Assembly (NCBI GenBank): GCA_038890875.1
Contig: JAWAFA010000001.1
Coordinates: forward strand, 419,910-483,909
DNA length: 64,000 nt
Direction of reading: 5' to 3'
DNA from: Candidatus Pacearchaeota archaeon
Lineage (GTDB): Archaea; Nanobdellota; Nanobdellia; Pacearchaeales; JAPDKA01
Shown in pieces: positions 28,619-37,929 of the stretch (its first letter is position 1; every line of letters starts with the position of its first letter). The notes beneath the pieces were generated by a model. That model saw only the letters and a program-made list of their open reading frames with translations. It made no database searches and was not told where the DNA came from. The translations under genes and the position numbers were made by a program.

Positions 28619-30334
28619 ATGGTAACTAAAACAAAAAACTTAAAAACAATACTTGTGGCTGGGCAGGCAGGACAAGGAATTGATAAAACTTCTGACATCA
28701 TTTGTTTAGCTTTGACAAAACTTGGGTATTATGTCTTTAATTATCGTTATTATCAAACTATCATTACTGGTGGTAAAAACTTTAATGTTATTACATTTTC
28801 AGAGTCAGAGATTAATTGTCACGAAGATAACTATGATGTTGCAATTTTTTTGCATGAAGATATTGAAGATTATATAAAAAAGCTTAAAAGAAATGCTATA
28901 ATTATTTGTGATGAAAAGATAGCTGAAAATTATTTTTCTTCACTAAAAAAATTAAATGTTCATTTATTAACTATAGACTGTGAAAAAATAATGAAAAAAA
29001 ATGAATTAGCAAAAGTTGTTAAAAATTCTATTTTAATGGGTACTTTTGCTAATGCTTTAGGTATCCAACGTGAGGTTTTTTTTGAAATTTTTGAAACAGA
29101 ATTTAAAAAACTTTTAAAAGAAAATAAACTTGGTTTTGAGGAAGGTTATAAATTAGGTAAACGTTTGATAAAGTTAAGGCAAAGAAAGAAAAAAATTGTT
29201 TATTTCAAGGGTAATGATGCTATTGCTTATGCTTTTAGGCTTGCCGGTATTGATGCTTATCTTGCTTATCCAATGACTCCTTCAACAGGGCTTTTGCATA
29301 ATCTTGCTAAAACAAATGGCTTCGTTTATCAACCAGAAAATGAAATTGCTGTGATAAATGCAGCTCTTGGTATAGCTGCTTGTGGTAAAAAAGTTGCTAT
29401 AGGCTCGAGTGGAGGTGGTTTTGCTTTAATGATTGAAGCATTAAGTTTTGCTGGAATGGCAGAGCTACCACTTGTTATCTATCTTGTGTCAAGATATGGG
29501 CCATCAACAGGAGTTCCGCCATGCACAAGCCAAGCCGATTTAAAATTCGCCATAAATGCTGGGCATGGAAGCTTTGCTAAAATTGTGCTTAGTTTAAGTA
29601 CAATTGAAAATGCAATGATCAATGCGATTGATGCTTTTAACTTTGCTTATTCTTATAGAATACCTGTAATTTTATTAACTGACAAGCATTTTGCCGAAAG
29701 TGGCTTTAGTATGGAAGAAAAACAATTAAGAAAAATCGAAGCTTATGCATATAATTCTTTAAAAAAATTAGAAAAATTTAGGAATAAAAAACAAAAAGCA
29801 ATATTTAACTTAACTAAAAGTTATCCTTTAAATAATGAATTTGCTCCCTTGCCATTAATAGGCTATGATATTTTTAAATTAAATAGCTATGAGCATGATG
29901 AATATGGATTTTTTAGCGAAGACTCTAAGGTAATGAAGATGATGAGTATTAGAAGGAAAGAAAGAATTGATAAAATAAAGAAAATGTTAGAAAATAGATA
30001 TCAGGTGTATGGAAATAAAAATGCAAAAAATCTGATCATCTCATGGGGTTCCACTATCAATAGCTTGCTCGATTTTGTCAATGAAAATAAAAAATATAAG
30101 CTTATAGACATAGTTTCACTCTCTCCATTCCCAGAAATAAAAAATGAAATAAAAAAAGCAATAAAAAAGGCAAAAAATGTTTATGTTTTTGAATGTTCCC
30201 CAACCTCGCAGCTCAGTGATTTGATTGCTGAAAATACTGGCATAAAAATTCCTGATAAAAATAAGATTTTAAAATATGATGGTACGCCTTTCCTTCTCGA
30301 TGATATAAAAAAAGCACTGAAAACAAAAATATAA
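28619..30334 (+). CDS. korA: 2-oxoacid:ferredoxin oxidoreductase, fused gamma-alpha subunit
   Basis: GQAGQGI, GNDAIA, YPMTPST, ENEIA, SGGGFALM.E, GPSTG.P. Confidence 0.93.
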   Translation: MVTKTKNLKTILVAGQAGQGIDKTSDIICLALTKLGYYVFNYRYYQTIITGGKNFNVITFSESEINCHEDNYDVAIFLHEDIEDYIKKLKRNAIIICDEKIAENYFSSLKKLNVHLLTIDCEKIMKKNELAKVVKNSILMGTFANALGIQREVFFEIFETEFKKLLKENKLGFEEGYKLGKRLIKLRQRKKKIVYFKGNDAIAYAFRLAGIDAYLAYPMTPSTGLLHNLAKTNGFVYQPENEIAVINAALGIAACGKKVAIGSSGGGFALMIEALSFAGMAELPLVIYLVSRYGPSTGVPPCTSQADLKFAINAGHGSFAKIVLSLSTIENAMINAIDAFNFAYSYRIPVILLTDKHFAESGFSMEEKQLRKIEAYAYNSLKKLEKFRNKKQKAIFNLTKSYPLNNEFAPLPLIGYDIFKLNSYEHDEYGFFSEDSKVMKMMSIRRKERIDKIKKMLENRYQVYGNKNAKNLIISWGSTINSLLDFVNENKKYKLIDIVSLSPFPEIKNEIKKAIKKAKNVYVFECSPTSQLSDLIAENTGIKIPDKNKILKYDGTPFLLDDIKKALKTKI

Positions 30335-30341
30335 AAGGAAA

Positions 30342-31172
30342 ATGGAAAACGAAAAAACTGTTTGTGAGAGTATTGAAAGTAGTTACAAAAAAACATGGTG
30401 CCCGGGATGCCCTAATTATATGCTTTTCCGATCTTATGTTGATGCACTTAATGATTTGATTAAGGAAAAAAAGCTTTCTCGAGAAAAAATTGTCCAAGTG
30501 TGCGGTATTGGCTGTCATGGAAAAGTTCATGATTATACAAATATCACGAGCATAAATGCCTTGCATGGTCGTGTCTTACCAGTAATTTTTGGTATTAAAG
30601 CTATGAAACCAGAAGTAAAAGTAATTGGAATAAGTGGGGATGGTGATAGTTACAATGAAGGTATCTCGCACTTAATTCATGCGGCTCGTTATAACATCGA
30701 TGCAACTTTTATTGTTCATAATAATCAATCTTTTTCCTTGACAGTAGGCCAACATACAGCAACCACTCAACAAGGTTTTCTGAGCAAGAGTTTGAGAAAT
30801 GCTGTTAAAGACGAACCTCTGAATCCACTAAAACTAATGTTAAGTCTAGATACAAGTTTTGTAGCACGCTGTTATGCTCTTGAAATTGAACATACTAAAA
30901 ATATTATGAAAGAAGCATTCATGCATAAAGGATTTAGCTTTATCGAAGTTTTACAGCCTTGCATTGTTTTTAATGATTCAAGAGAATATATAAGTAAGAG
31001 AATTTATAAACTAAACAGACATAACATAAGTTCTTTCGAGCAAGCATGGAAAAAAGCTTGTGAGTGGGATTACAATTTCTCCGAAGAAGCAAAAATTCCT
31101 ATAGGGATTTTTTATAAGAAAGTAAAACCAACCTTTGCAGAAAAATACAACTTGGAAATTAATAAAGAATAA
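30342..31172 (+). CDS. korB: 2-oxoacid:ferredoxin oxidoreductase beta subunit
   Basis: WCPGCPN, GIGCH, HGR, GDGD TPP motif, LQPC. Confidence 0.93.
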   Translation: MENEKTVCESIESSYKKTWCPGCPNYMLFRSYVDALNDLIKEKKLSREKIVQVCGIGCHGKVHDYTNITSINALHGRVLPVIFGIKAMKPEVKVIGISGDGDSYNEGISHLIHAARYNIDATFIVHNNQSFSLTVGQHTATTQQGFLSKSLRNAVKDEPLNPLKLMLSLDTSFVARCYALEIEHTKNIMKEAFMHKGFSFIEVLQPCIVFNDSREYISKRIYKLNRHNISSFEQAWKKACEWDYNFSEEAKIPIGIFYKKVKPTFAEKYNLEINKE

Positions 31173-31199
31173 ATAAGAAAATTTAATAATAAAAATAAG

Positions 31200-31949
31200 T
31201 TAATAGAGACTAAAGCGACATTCTTGAGAATCCTGAACTTGCTCATTATAACTTGAGTCACCTTTATAAAAAATTAAATTATAAAAAACAGCCCCATTCA
31301 CCCCTTTATCAGTTATTTGAGCTTCATGCATCACCTCCTTTGCATCATAAGTAAGCTCTGCCTTTCCGCTTAATTTAACTCCAGTTTCAAATTCTTCTGG
31401 AGATTTTACATAAGGATTTAATTCAATTTTTACTACATACCCTTTGTTTATTTCAGCTAATTTATTAGCATACTCTTGCCACTTTTTTTCTTGCCTTTCA
31501 GCAAGATATTTCCCAATTTTAACCCCAATCGCAGGAAAACCAAGACCTGCAATCACTAGTTGATGCGCTAGCTCTTCAAGTTTTCTTTCCAGTAGGGTTG
31601 GTGGAGAAACATGCCTCACTGAAGTATACTTTTTTATTGCATCATAAATAACAACTTCTTCATTAACATTTCTTACTTCTACCCCTTTAGGAATGATTAA
31701 ATAAATTCTTGAATCTTGACTTAAATTAATAAAATTTATTTTTCCTAAAGCTCTATCAAGAGTAAGATTTTTAACATCAGCAAAAGTTTCTGGCTTTTCA
31801 TAATCGATTATGATGTCAAAATTATTTCCATAGCAATTAACACCAACTTGCACAGCTTTATTCAAAACATAATAATTTTTTAATTCAGCTTTAATTGGAG
31901 AAAACATAAAAAATAAACTTAACAATGAAATTTTTATTTTTTGCCTCAT
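31200..31949 (-). CDS. Exported hypothetical protein
   Basis: Signal peptide-like N-terminus and one internal hydrophobic helix. Confidence 0.65.
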   Translation of the reverse strand: MRQKIKISLLSLFFMFSPIKAELKNYYVLNKAVQVGVNCYGNNFDIIIDYEKPETFADVKNLTLDRALGKINFINLSQDSRIYLIIPKGVEVRNVNEEVVIYDAIKKYTSVRHVSPPTLLERKLEELAHQLVIAGLGFPAIGVKIGKYLAERQEKKWQEYANKLAEINKGYVVKIELNPYVKSPEEFETGVKLSGKAELTYDAKEVMHEAQITDKGVNGAVFYNLIFYKGDSSYNEQVQDSQECRFSLY

Positions 31950-31960
31950 TTTCAAGCAAA

Positions 31961-32401
31961 CTAACTCTGTAAATTTTTAATTTCTTCTTCAATGATTTTG
32001 ATTTCGTTAAGAATTTTTTGCGCTTCATTGCTAAGAATAGTTTTTAACATTGAAAGTTCTTCTATTCTTGCTTCAATAATCTTTTTAGCATCTTCAGAAC
32101 TCTTTTCTAAAATAACATTCTTACCAACATTTATTAATACTTTATCATTTTCTAATGCTTTAGCCATCACAAAAATACCTTCAGCCAGATTCGCGAGTAT
32201 TTCTTTATCTTTAATTTTTTTTACTTCATTTAAATTTTGTTTTGTTAATTCGAGACTGATAATGTTTTGTTCAAGTATTGCATATTGTTCTTCTATTCTC
32301 CTCAACTCTTGATCAAGTGCTAAAAGCTGTAAACCTCTTTCCTGAATTATTCTTTTTTCTTCTTTTTCTTTTGCTTGTTTTTCTTTACTCTCTTTTTCCA
32401 T
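31961..32401 (-). CDS. pfdA: Prefoldin subunit alpha
   Basis: Coiled coil-hairpin-coiled coil; ILANLAEGIFV, VLINVGKNVILEK. Confidence 0.9.
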   Translation of the reverse strand: MEKESKEKQAKEKEEKRIIQERGLQLLALDQELRRIEEQYAILEQNIISLELTKQNLNEVKKIKDKEILANLAEGIFVMAKALENDKVLINVGKNVILEKSSEDAKKIIEARIEELSMLKTILSNEAQKILNEIKIIEEEIKNLQS

Positions 32402-32413
32402 TTATCTTTTATC

Positions 32414-32881
32414 TTACTGTATTTTTAAAACTTTCCTTAAAACAATATTAAAAATCGAAGTAAAAATTATGAATGAAAGCAACCAGCCAGCACCATCCCC
32501 AACAATAGGCAAATTAGCTCCCCAACTTATTATATTCCCAACACCAGCAGCATCATAACTTTTTTTCAAAAACCAGAAAATAAAAATTAAAGGTAATAAT
32601 ATGATTAACAATGGTTTTATGCTTAATCTCATATTTTCCATACTTAACTTTACTAATTCATTATTCAATTCTTTTATCCTTTTTATATCGTTTGTTTTTT
32701 TCAATTCATCGCTGATAGTTTTCTGTTTTTCTTTTATCTCTTTTATCCTTCCCTGATCACTCAATACTTTGAACACCAAAACCTGAAAGAAAGTAATTAA
32801 TAATGAAATAATGATTATGCTAATTAAGCCAGGAGGTAGGCCTCCCAAACTATATGCAATAAATTCTGTCCAAAAACTCAT
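32414..32881 (-). CDS. EMC3/TMCO1 (DUF106) Oxa1-superfamily membrane protein
   Basis: TM1, cytosolic coiled coil, M..S.KP..I..P motif, GW..FI C-terminal helix. Confidence 0.85.
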   Translation of the reverse strand: MSFWTEFIAYSLGGLPPGLISIIIISLLITFFQVLVFKVLSDQGRIKEIKEKQKTISDELKKTNDIKRIKELNNELVKLSMENMRLSIKPLLIILLPLIFIFWFLKKSYDAAGVGNIISWGANLPIVGDGAGWLLSFIIFTSIFNIVLRKVLKIQ

Positions 32882-32882
32882 T

Positions 32883-33173
32883 TTATTTTTTGTAATATTT
32901 TTTTACTACATTTATCAATCTTAAAAATAAAAACTCTTCATTTTCAAATATCTTCTTTTTTTCACTTTCATTCATTGGCGCTTCATTGAGGATATTTCTT
33001 AACTTTTCAACAAATCGATCTCTTCTAGACATATCAAGAATAGCCCAAACTTCATAGTTATTGTTAGGTAAGATAACCCCAATCTTTTCACATCCATCTC
33101 TCTCGTAATAAATATTATATCCTAACTCTACTTTGAATTTTTTTTCATTTTCCCTTTCGATATGCTCTTTCAT
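32883..33173 (-). CDS. Hypothetical protein in the alarmone-gene operon
   Basis: 96-aa ORF tightly packed between the synthetase-like gene and DUF106. Confidence 0.6.
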   Translation of the reverse strand: MKEHIERENEKKFKVELGYNIYYERDGCEKIGVILPNNNYEVWAILDMSRRDRFVEKLRNILNEAPMNESEKKKIFENEEFLFLRLINVVKKYYKK

Positions 33174-33193
33174 TTTAACTTTTTTAAACTTAT

Positions 33194-34273
33194 CTAACTT
33201 TGTTTTTCTTCATTTTCTTTTTCCATAATATAATTGTATAGCCCCTTTATAATTTTTTGTTTCTCTTTTGGGATATTCACTTTATTTAGATTTTCTTTAT
33301 ATCTTTCCAAATAAGCATTTCCAAACTCATTATTCTCTAAACTTTCTTTATCTGTAAATCTTACTTCAATACCTTCAATAACATTCGGCTGTCTTAAATT
33401 ATAATGCAAAGCATTATAACCGCTTTTTTCTTTTTTTTCTACACATTCTTTTATACAAAAATATTTCCCAATTCTACTAATTATGCTTTCAGCCAATTTA
33501 TAAAACTCTTTTCCAAAAATTTTATATTTTAAGACAAAATTAACTCCGCCAAGATCATCAATACATAGTTCACTTTTAATTTCATTATTTTTTTGATCTT
33601 CAATATAGTTTTTAATGACCTTACAAATGTCACTATCTTGTAAAGTTTTAATTATGCATCCAGGAATTTCACGAATCTTCTCATGTATCCTTACATTATC
33701 AGTTTTTAATATCAATTTTTTTAAAATGCCATCGTACTTACTTAATGAATTAACTGCTACACTAGTCCTTATCCTGCTTTTTAATGAAGCATAACTATTT
33801 GTAATCCCCTCCTTTAGCGTTTTTATTTCTGACTCTAAACATATAATATCTACTCCAAATTTAAGAAAATTTGGAATTTCTTTTTCAATCTTTTGGGCAA
33901 TACCAAAAATCTTTTTTTTAATTACTTTGTCAAGAAAACTTTTAGATTTCTTTACTCTAGTTATTATTGCTTCAATATCTTTTGTATTTATTGGGTAATA
34001 CTTCATATCGATCTCCATATCATATCTCATATCTTTTTCTACTTTTTGATTTTTTAATAGTGCGGCATATTCACTTCTTTTTTCTAAAATTACATACTTG
34101 AATTTATTTTCTGGAATGAATAATCTCACTATTCTTTCTAGATTCTCTTTTGTTTTATTTCTCCTATCTTTTAAAAGCAAATAAATTGGTTCAAACAGGC
34201 TTTCATCATCTTCATTTATGCATTTATAAATATATTGCCCTACAGGTATTTCTGCAATTTCAATCCTTTCCAT
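33194..34273 (-). CDS. Divergent RelA/SpoT-type small alarmone synthetase (nucleotide pyrophosphokinase) homolog
   Basis: RVKKSKSFLDK (RxKxxxSxxxK), DDLGGVN (DLxGxR), KSGYNALH (SGYxSLH), IEVRFT (EIQIRT), NEFGNAYLERYK (AExGxAAHxxYK), in the canonical order. Confidence 0.78.
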   Translation of the reverse strand: MERIEIAEIPVGQYIYKCINEDDESLFEPIYLLLKDRRNKTKENLERIVRLFIPENKFKYVILEKRSEYAALLKNQKVEKDMRYDMEIDMKYYPINTKDIEAIITRVKKSKSFLDKVIKKKIFGIAQKIEKEIPNFLKFGVDIICLESEIKTLKEGITNSYASLKSRIRTSVAVNSLSKYDGILKKLILKTDNVRIHEKIREIPGCIIKTLQDSDICKVIKNYIEDQKNNEIKSELCIDDLGGVNFVLKYKIFGKEFYKLAESIISRIGKYFCIKECVEKKEKSGYNALHYNLRQPNVIEGIEVRFTDKESLENNEFGNAYLERYKENLNKVNIPKEKQKIIKGLYNYIMEKENEEKQS

Positions 34274-34274
34274 T

Positions 34275-35402
34275 TTATCGCAACGTTTTTTCCAATTTAT
34301 AAATTCCTGGAATTAATTTGAATTTTCTTCTTTTCATTTTTTCTGCAAATTTTTTAAACCCAATCAAATCAAGATGGGCTCTTAATTCAATATTGCTCGC
34401 ACTATCTAAATCTAAACCTAAAGTTTCCTCTTTTGCATAGCCAAGAAGAATTTTGCCATATCTCATCCATGTTCCATCAAGTAAATTAGGTGAAGGGAAA
34501 GTTGCTCTTTCAAAACCGCGGCTCTTATCATAATTAGCAACAAGTTCATAATTCTTCTTTATTACATCTTTCGTCAAGCTCACCATTTCTTCGAAATAGT
34601 ATGTCCATGCTTGCGCTCTTTCTTCGATACTTTCTACAAGTTTTCTCGTAAGACATTGCACTTTCTTATAGAACTTTTTCTCTTTCTTTAATCCCTTAAT
34701 CTTTGTTTTAACTTCATTTGTTAAGAGGAGACCTTTATAAAATGAATAAAGAGCTGATTGAACATTAAAAGGGCTCTTTTCTGCTTCAAGTGGTGTTGGC
34801 AAGGATTTAATATTATCGAGCATGTCGGCAAGTTTTATTTCTATAGAACGCATAATGATTATATTTTTATCTTTGTGATTAAATCGGTATTCAATAAAAT
34901 CTTTTATTTTATCTACCCTAGCCTTATTATTCCCATTTTGTTCTATTTGTTTTTTTATTTTTTCATTTAACTCATTGATTACTTCTTTGTTATAGAAGAG
35001 ATTGTAGAGATAGTCAAAATAGGTTTGGTTTGGTTGTTTTGTTAATCTATATACAAGTTGTAAGATAAAGTTATAATCTCTTTTATATTTTTCATCGAGC
35101 AAGTTAAATCTCTCATAAAGCTCATAAAGTTTAAATGCAAAAGCTGTTAGCTCTTGCCAAAAATTATTGATATCACTTTTACCCTTTATCTTTTCTTCAA
35201 TCGTGTCATGAAGTAAAGCAGACGCTTTAATGATATAACTTTCACTTATCTGATTTAAGTAGCGGCAAACATTTTTAGGATGTTCAATAAATGGACTACC
35301 ATTTTTTCTGAAACTTCCTTTATGATAAGTCAAGGCTAAGCCTTCAAACTCATCAATAAGCTTTTTTTCCAAATCTTCAAATTTAATATTCATATTTTTC
35401 AT
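34275..35402 (-). CDS. RelA/SpoT/MESH1-type HD hydrolase (small alarmone hydrolase) homolog
   Basis: HKGSFRKNGSPFIEHP, ASALLHDTIEE, V.RLTK, IKLADMLDN. Confidence 0.88.
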   Translation of the reverse strand: MKNMNIKFEDLEKKLIDEFEGLALTYHKGSFRKNGSPFIEHPKNVCRYLNQISESYIIKASALLHDTIEEKIKGKSDINNFWQELTAFAFKLYELYERFNLLDEKYKRDYNFILQLVYRLTKQPNQTYFDYLYNLFYNKEVINELNEKIKKQIEQNGNNKARVDKIKDFIEYRFNHKDKNIIIMRSIEIKLADMLDNIKSLPTPLEAEKSPFNVQSALYSFYKGLLLTNEVKTKIKGLKKEKKFYKKVQCLTRKLVESIEERAQAWTYYFEEMVSLTKDVIKKNYELVANYDKSRGFERATFPSPNLLDGTWMRYGKILLGYAKEETLGLDLDSASNIELRAHLDLIGFKKFAEKMKRRKFKLIPGIYKLEKTLR

Positions 35403-35426
35403 TTTTGTATATTTAATAATTCAATA

Positions 35427-35440
35427 TTTATAAACATTTT
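35427..35440 (-). promoter_or_regulatory. BRE/TATA promoter for the hydrolase-synthetase operon
   Basis: Minus strand reads aaaatgTTTATAAA about 25 nt upstream of the ATG at 35402. Confidence 0.55.
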
Positions 35441-35468
35441 TATTTTTTATCACTTTAGAATTAAAAAA

Positions 35469-35891
35469 TTACTTACTTATTTTCTTTGTTAACTCTTCAA
35501 ATTTTCTAAGTTTTTCTTCCCCCATTTCAGCCTTAAGCTTTTCCCTTAACTTTTTGCTTTTTCTAATTCTAAGCATAATCAAATGTTCAAGAAAGTAGGT
35601 AAATATAAAAAATAAAAAAATTATTATTGCTGCTATAAGCGGGCCTAGCATTTTCAATAGCGCCCCAACAAGCATTGCTATTACACCAGTCATAGCCAAT
35701 ATTATAACAAGCCCTAAAGTAATAAAAAAAATAGTTATTGATGAAAAAAGAGTGATGTCTTTGATTATACTATAAAACCAGGCCAAAAAGAAAATCAGAA
35801 CAATCCCACACAACCCAAACAAAACTAGATCAGTACTTCTTGTTCCAAAGAGTGCTTGTAAAAGGCCTATCCATGAAAAAGTTAGAGGCAT
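35469..35891 (-). CDS. Membrane protein, tandem paralog 4
   Basis: Three TM helices with a basic amphipathic tail (LRKFEELTK). Confidence 0.7.
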   Translation of the reverse strand: MPLTFSWIGLLQALFGTRSTDLVLFGLCGIVLIFFLAWFYSIIKDITLFSSITIFFITLGLVIILAMTGVIAMLVGALLKMLGPLIAAIIIFLFFIFTYFLEHLIMLRIRKSKKLREKLKAEMGEEKLRKFEELTKKISK

Positions 35892-35935
35892 AAATACTTA
35901 ATCAAAAAGATTTTAAATAATTTTTTGATTAATTA

Positions 35936-36499
35936 TTATTTGAATTTGCCAACTTCTTTTAATATTTCCATACCCTTCTTAATTTCTACTCCTTTTTTAT
36001 GCGCTTCTATCATTGCTTTTCTTCTAAAGATCCATTTGTTAAACCCAGATAAACCAAGATGAACAATTACTAAAGCAACAAAAGCACTTACTATGACTAT
36101 GGCAACAGCCAAAACACCAAGCCCAGCTGTGATGCCAAAGATATAATGTGCTAACTTCAAAATCCCTTTTGTTAAGGCTGCTATAACTGCCAAACCAAAG
36201 CCCAGAATGTAAGAAGTACTTTTCTTAAACATGGTGAAAGTTTCTATTATATCACTAAATGCAAAGAAAAGCATGAAAAAAATCACAACAAGGATTGTAA
36301 CAAAACGCCAATCAGCTCCGGTGGTTAGTGCACTATAGCCAAAAGCATCAGCAATCCACTTTCCTATGGCTCTGCCAATATCTCCAATTGAAGTAGCTTG
36401 TCCACCTTGTGCAAGAATAAAAGGCGAAATAAATAAAAAAGAGACTAGTAATAAAGCAATAAGTTTCCACGCTTTTTTACTTTTCATTTTCTTTTTCAT
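35936..36499 (-). CDS. Membrane protein, tandem paralog 3
   Basis: Signal-like LAQGG; FFAFSDII..F.MFKK..SYILG; basic tail. Confidence 0.72.
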   Translation of the reverse strand: MKKKMKSKKAWKLIALLLVSFLFISPFILAQGGQATSIGDIGRAIGKWIADAFGYSALTTGADWRFVTILVVIFFMLFFAFSDIIETFTMFKKSTSYILGFGLAVIAALTKGILKLAHYIFGITAGLGVLAVAIVIVSAFVALVIVHLGLSGFNKWIFRRKAMIEAHKKGVEIKKGMEILKEVGKFK

Positions 36500-36500
36500 T

Positions 36501-37046
36501 TTATTTTGTTAATTCTTCAAATTCTTTAAGTTTTCGCCATGCTGTTGCTGGTTCCATTGCTCCCTTCAAAGCTTCAGCCTTAACTTTTCTCTTGAGCGCC
36601 CACTTAAAAGCCTTATCAGAATACCATGCTAGTCCAATAAAAATTATAAATGCAAGCACAAGTTCAGCTGTAACTGCAAATGCACCTAATGTAGCTACTA
36701 ATCCAAGTAGTAAAGAAGCCAGATATGTTAGAGCTCTACTTAAAGCAATAATAAAACTCAAACCAATTGAAATTATTAATACTGTTCGGCGTGAAAAAAA
36801 AGGTGCAGTCAAAGCTAAAATATCAACAAAAGCCGATGCAAAAATCAAAATTAATAAGATAAAAAGTAATAATTGGCCGACAGTGGTTACATCAGAAAAA
36901 CCAAACAGCCATTTGAGCCATGTAGGTGTCTTAAGTGGTGCATTAAGCCCTCCCTGCGCCAAAACAAATGAGGGAAGAAATATGAACGCAAGCAAAAAAA
37001 TAATTGATATTGGAACAATAAATGAAAGCGATTTACTCTTTTTCAT
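36501..37046 (-). CDS. Membrane protein, tandem paralog 2
   Basis: Signal-like LAQGG; AFVDIL...PFFSRR..LIIS; tail LKEFEELTK. Confidence 0.72.
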   Translation of the reverse strand: MKKSKSLSFIVPISIIFLLAFIFLPSFVLAQGGLNAPLKTPTWLKWLFGFSDVTTVGQLLLFILLILIFASAFVDILALTAPFFSRRTVLIISIGLSFIIALSRALTYLASLLLGLVATLGAFAVTAELVLAFIIFIGLAWYSDKAFKWALKRKVKAEALKGAMEPATAWRKLKEFEELTK

Positions 37047-37064
37047 TATAAAATATTAAAATGC

Positions 37065-37385
37065 CTATTTAAAAACTTTTTGTTTACTCTTGCCAATACC
37101 TAGATGCCTAAGCATAAACAATATAAAAATTATGGCAAGCACTATAGCAAGAGCTACTGCAAAGCCGCCTGCACTGACTTGCAAGATCTTAAGCGCAAGA
37201 GCTCGTGTCAAGCCTGTCTGCAAGGCAATTAGTGTTATTATTAAAGCTATGATTGCTGCGAAGGGTTTTTTAAACAAGCGCAATCTACTCAGAATATCAA
37301 AAAGAATAACGAAGATGATCAAAATTAGTATAAAAATTAAAATATTTTGCGTTACACTTTCGCCGAGCACTTTTGCAAGCACCAT
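37065..37385 (-). CDS. Membrane protein, tandem paralog 1
   Basis: LFDIL...LFKK..AAIIA; three TM helices. Confidence 0.68.
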   Translation of the reverse strand: MVLAKVLGESVTQNILIFILILIIFVILFDILSRLRLFKKPFAAIIALIITLIALQTGLTRALALKILQVSAGGFAVALAIVLAIIFILFMLRHLGIGKSKQKVFK

Positions 37386-37508
37386 AAAAACTTAATTATT
37401 TGAATTTAAATAAATTACTCCAAATTAAAATTTAAAGTTTTATGAAAAAGTTTTAAAATAGTAAGAAATATAAAGGAGATAGGATAAAAGAAAAAAATAA
37501 AGAAGAAA

Positions 37509-37928
37509 ATGGGGTTGAAAGTAAATAAGCTTGTGAAAAAGCGAAAGAAGTTTAGGTGGAATGATAAAACATTTAGAAAGAAGGCACTTGGATTAGATGT
37601 AAGTACAGACCCCCTTGAAGGAGCCCATCAAGCAAGAGGTATTGTTCTCGAGAAAGTGCAATTAGAAGCGAGGCAGCCTAACTCCGCAATGCGAAAATGT
37701 GTTCGTGTTCAGCTCTTGAAAAATAATAAGATGATTACCGCTTTCGCTCCAGGAGACAGGGCAATTAAATTTATCGATGAGCACGACGAGGTTATTGTTG
37801 AAAAGATTGGCGGAAAGCAAGGGCGTGCGAAAGGCGATATTCCTGGAGTTAGATTCAAAGTTATAAAAGTAAATGATCAACCATTGGAAATGCTTAGAAG
37901 AGGAAAAATAGAAAAGGCGAGGCGTTAA
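37509..37928 (+). CDS. rps12: 30S ribosomal protein S12 (uS12)
   Basis: [33 protein letters not shown]. Confidence 0.97.
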   Translation: MGLKVNKLVKKRKKFRWNDKTFRKKALGLDVSTDPLEGAHQARGIVLEKVQLEARQPNSAMRKCVRVQLLKNNKMITAFAPGDRAIKFIDEHDEVIVEKIGGKQGRAKGDIPGVRFKVIKVNDQPLEMLRRGKIEKARR

Positions 37929-37929
37929 A

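Noticed and set aside
34260..34290. Possibility that the HD and synthetase ORFs are one frameshifted long RelA/SpoT
   Set aside because: There is a clean TAA followed by A-ATG, each ORF has its own extra sequence, and no TGS/ACT region follows; two genes is the simpler reading
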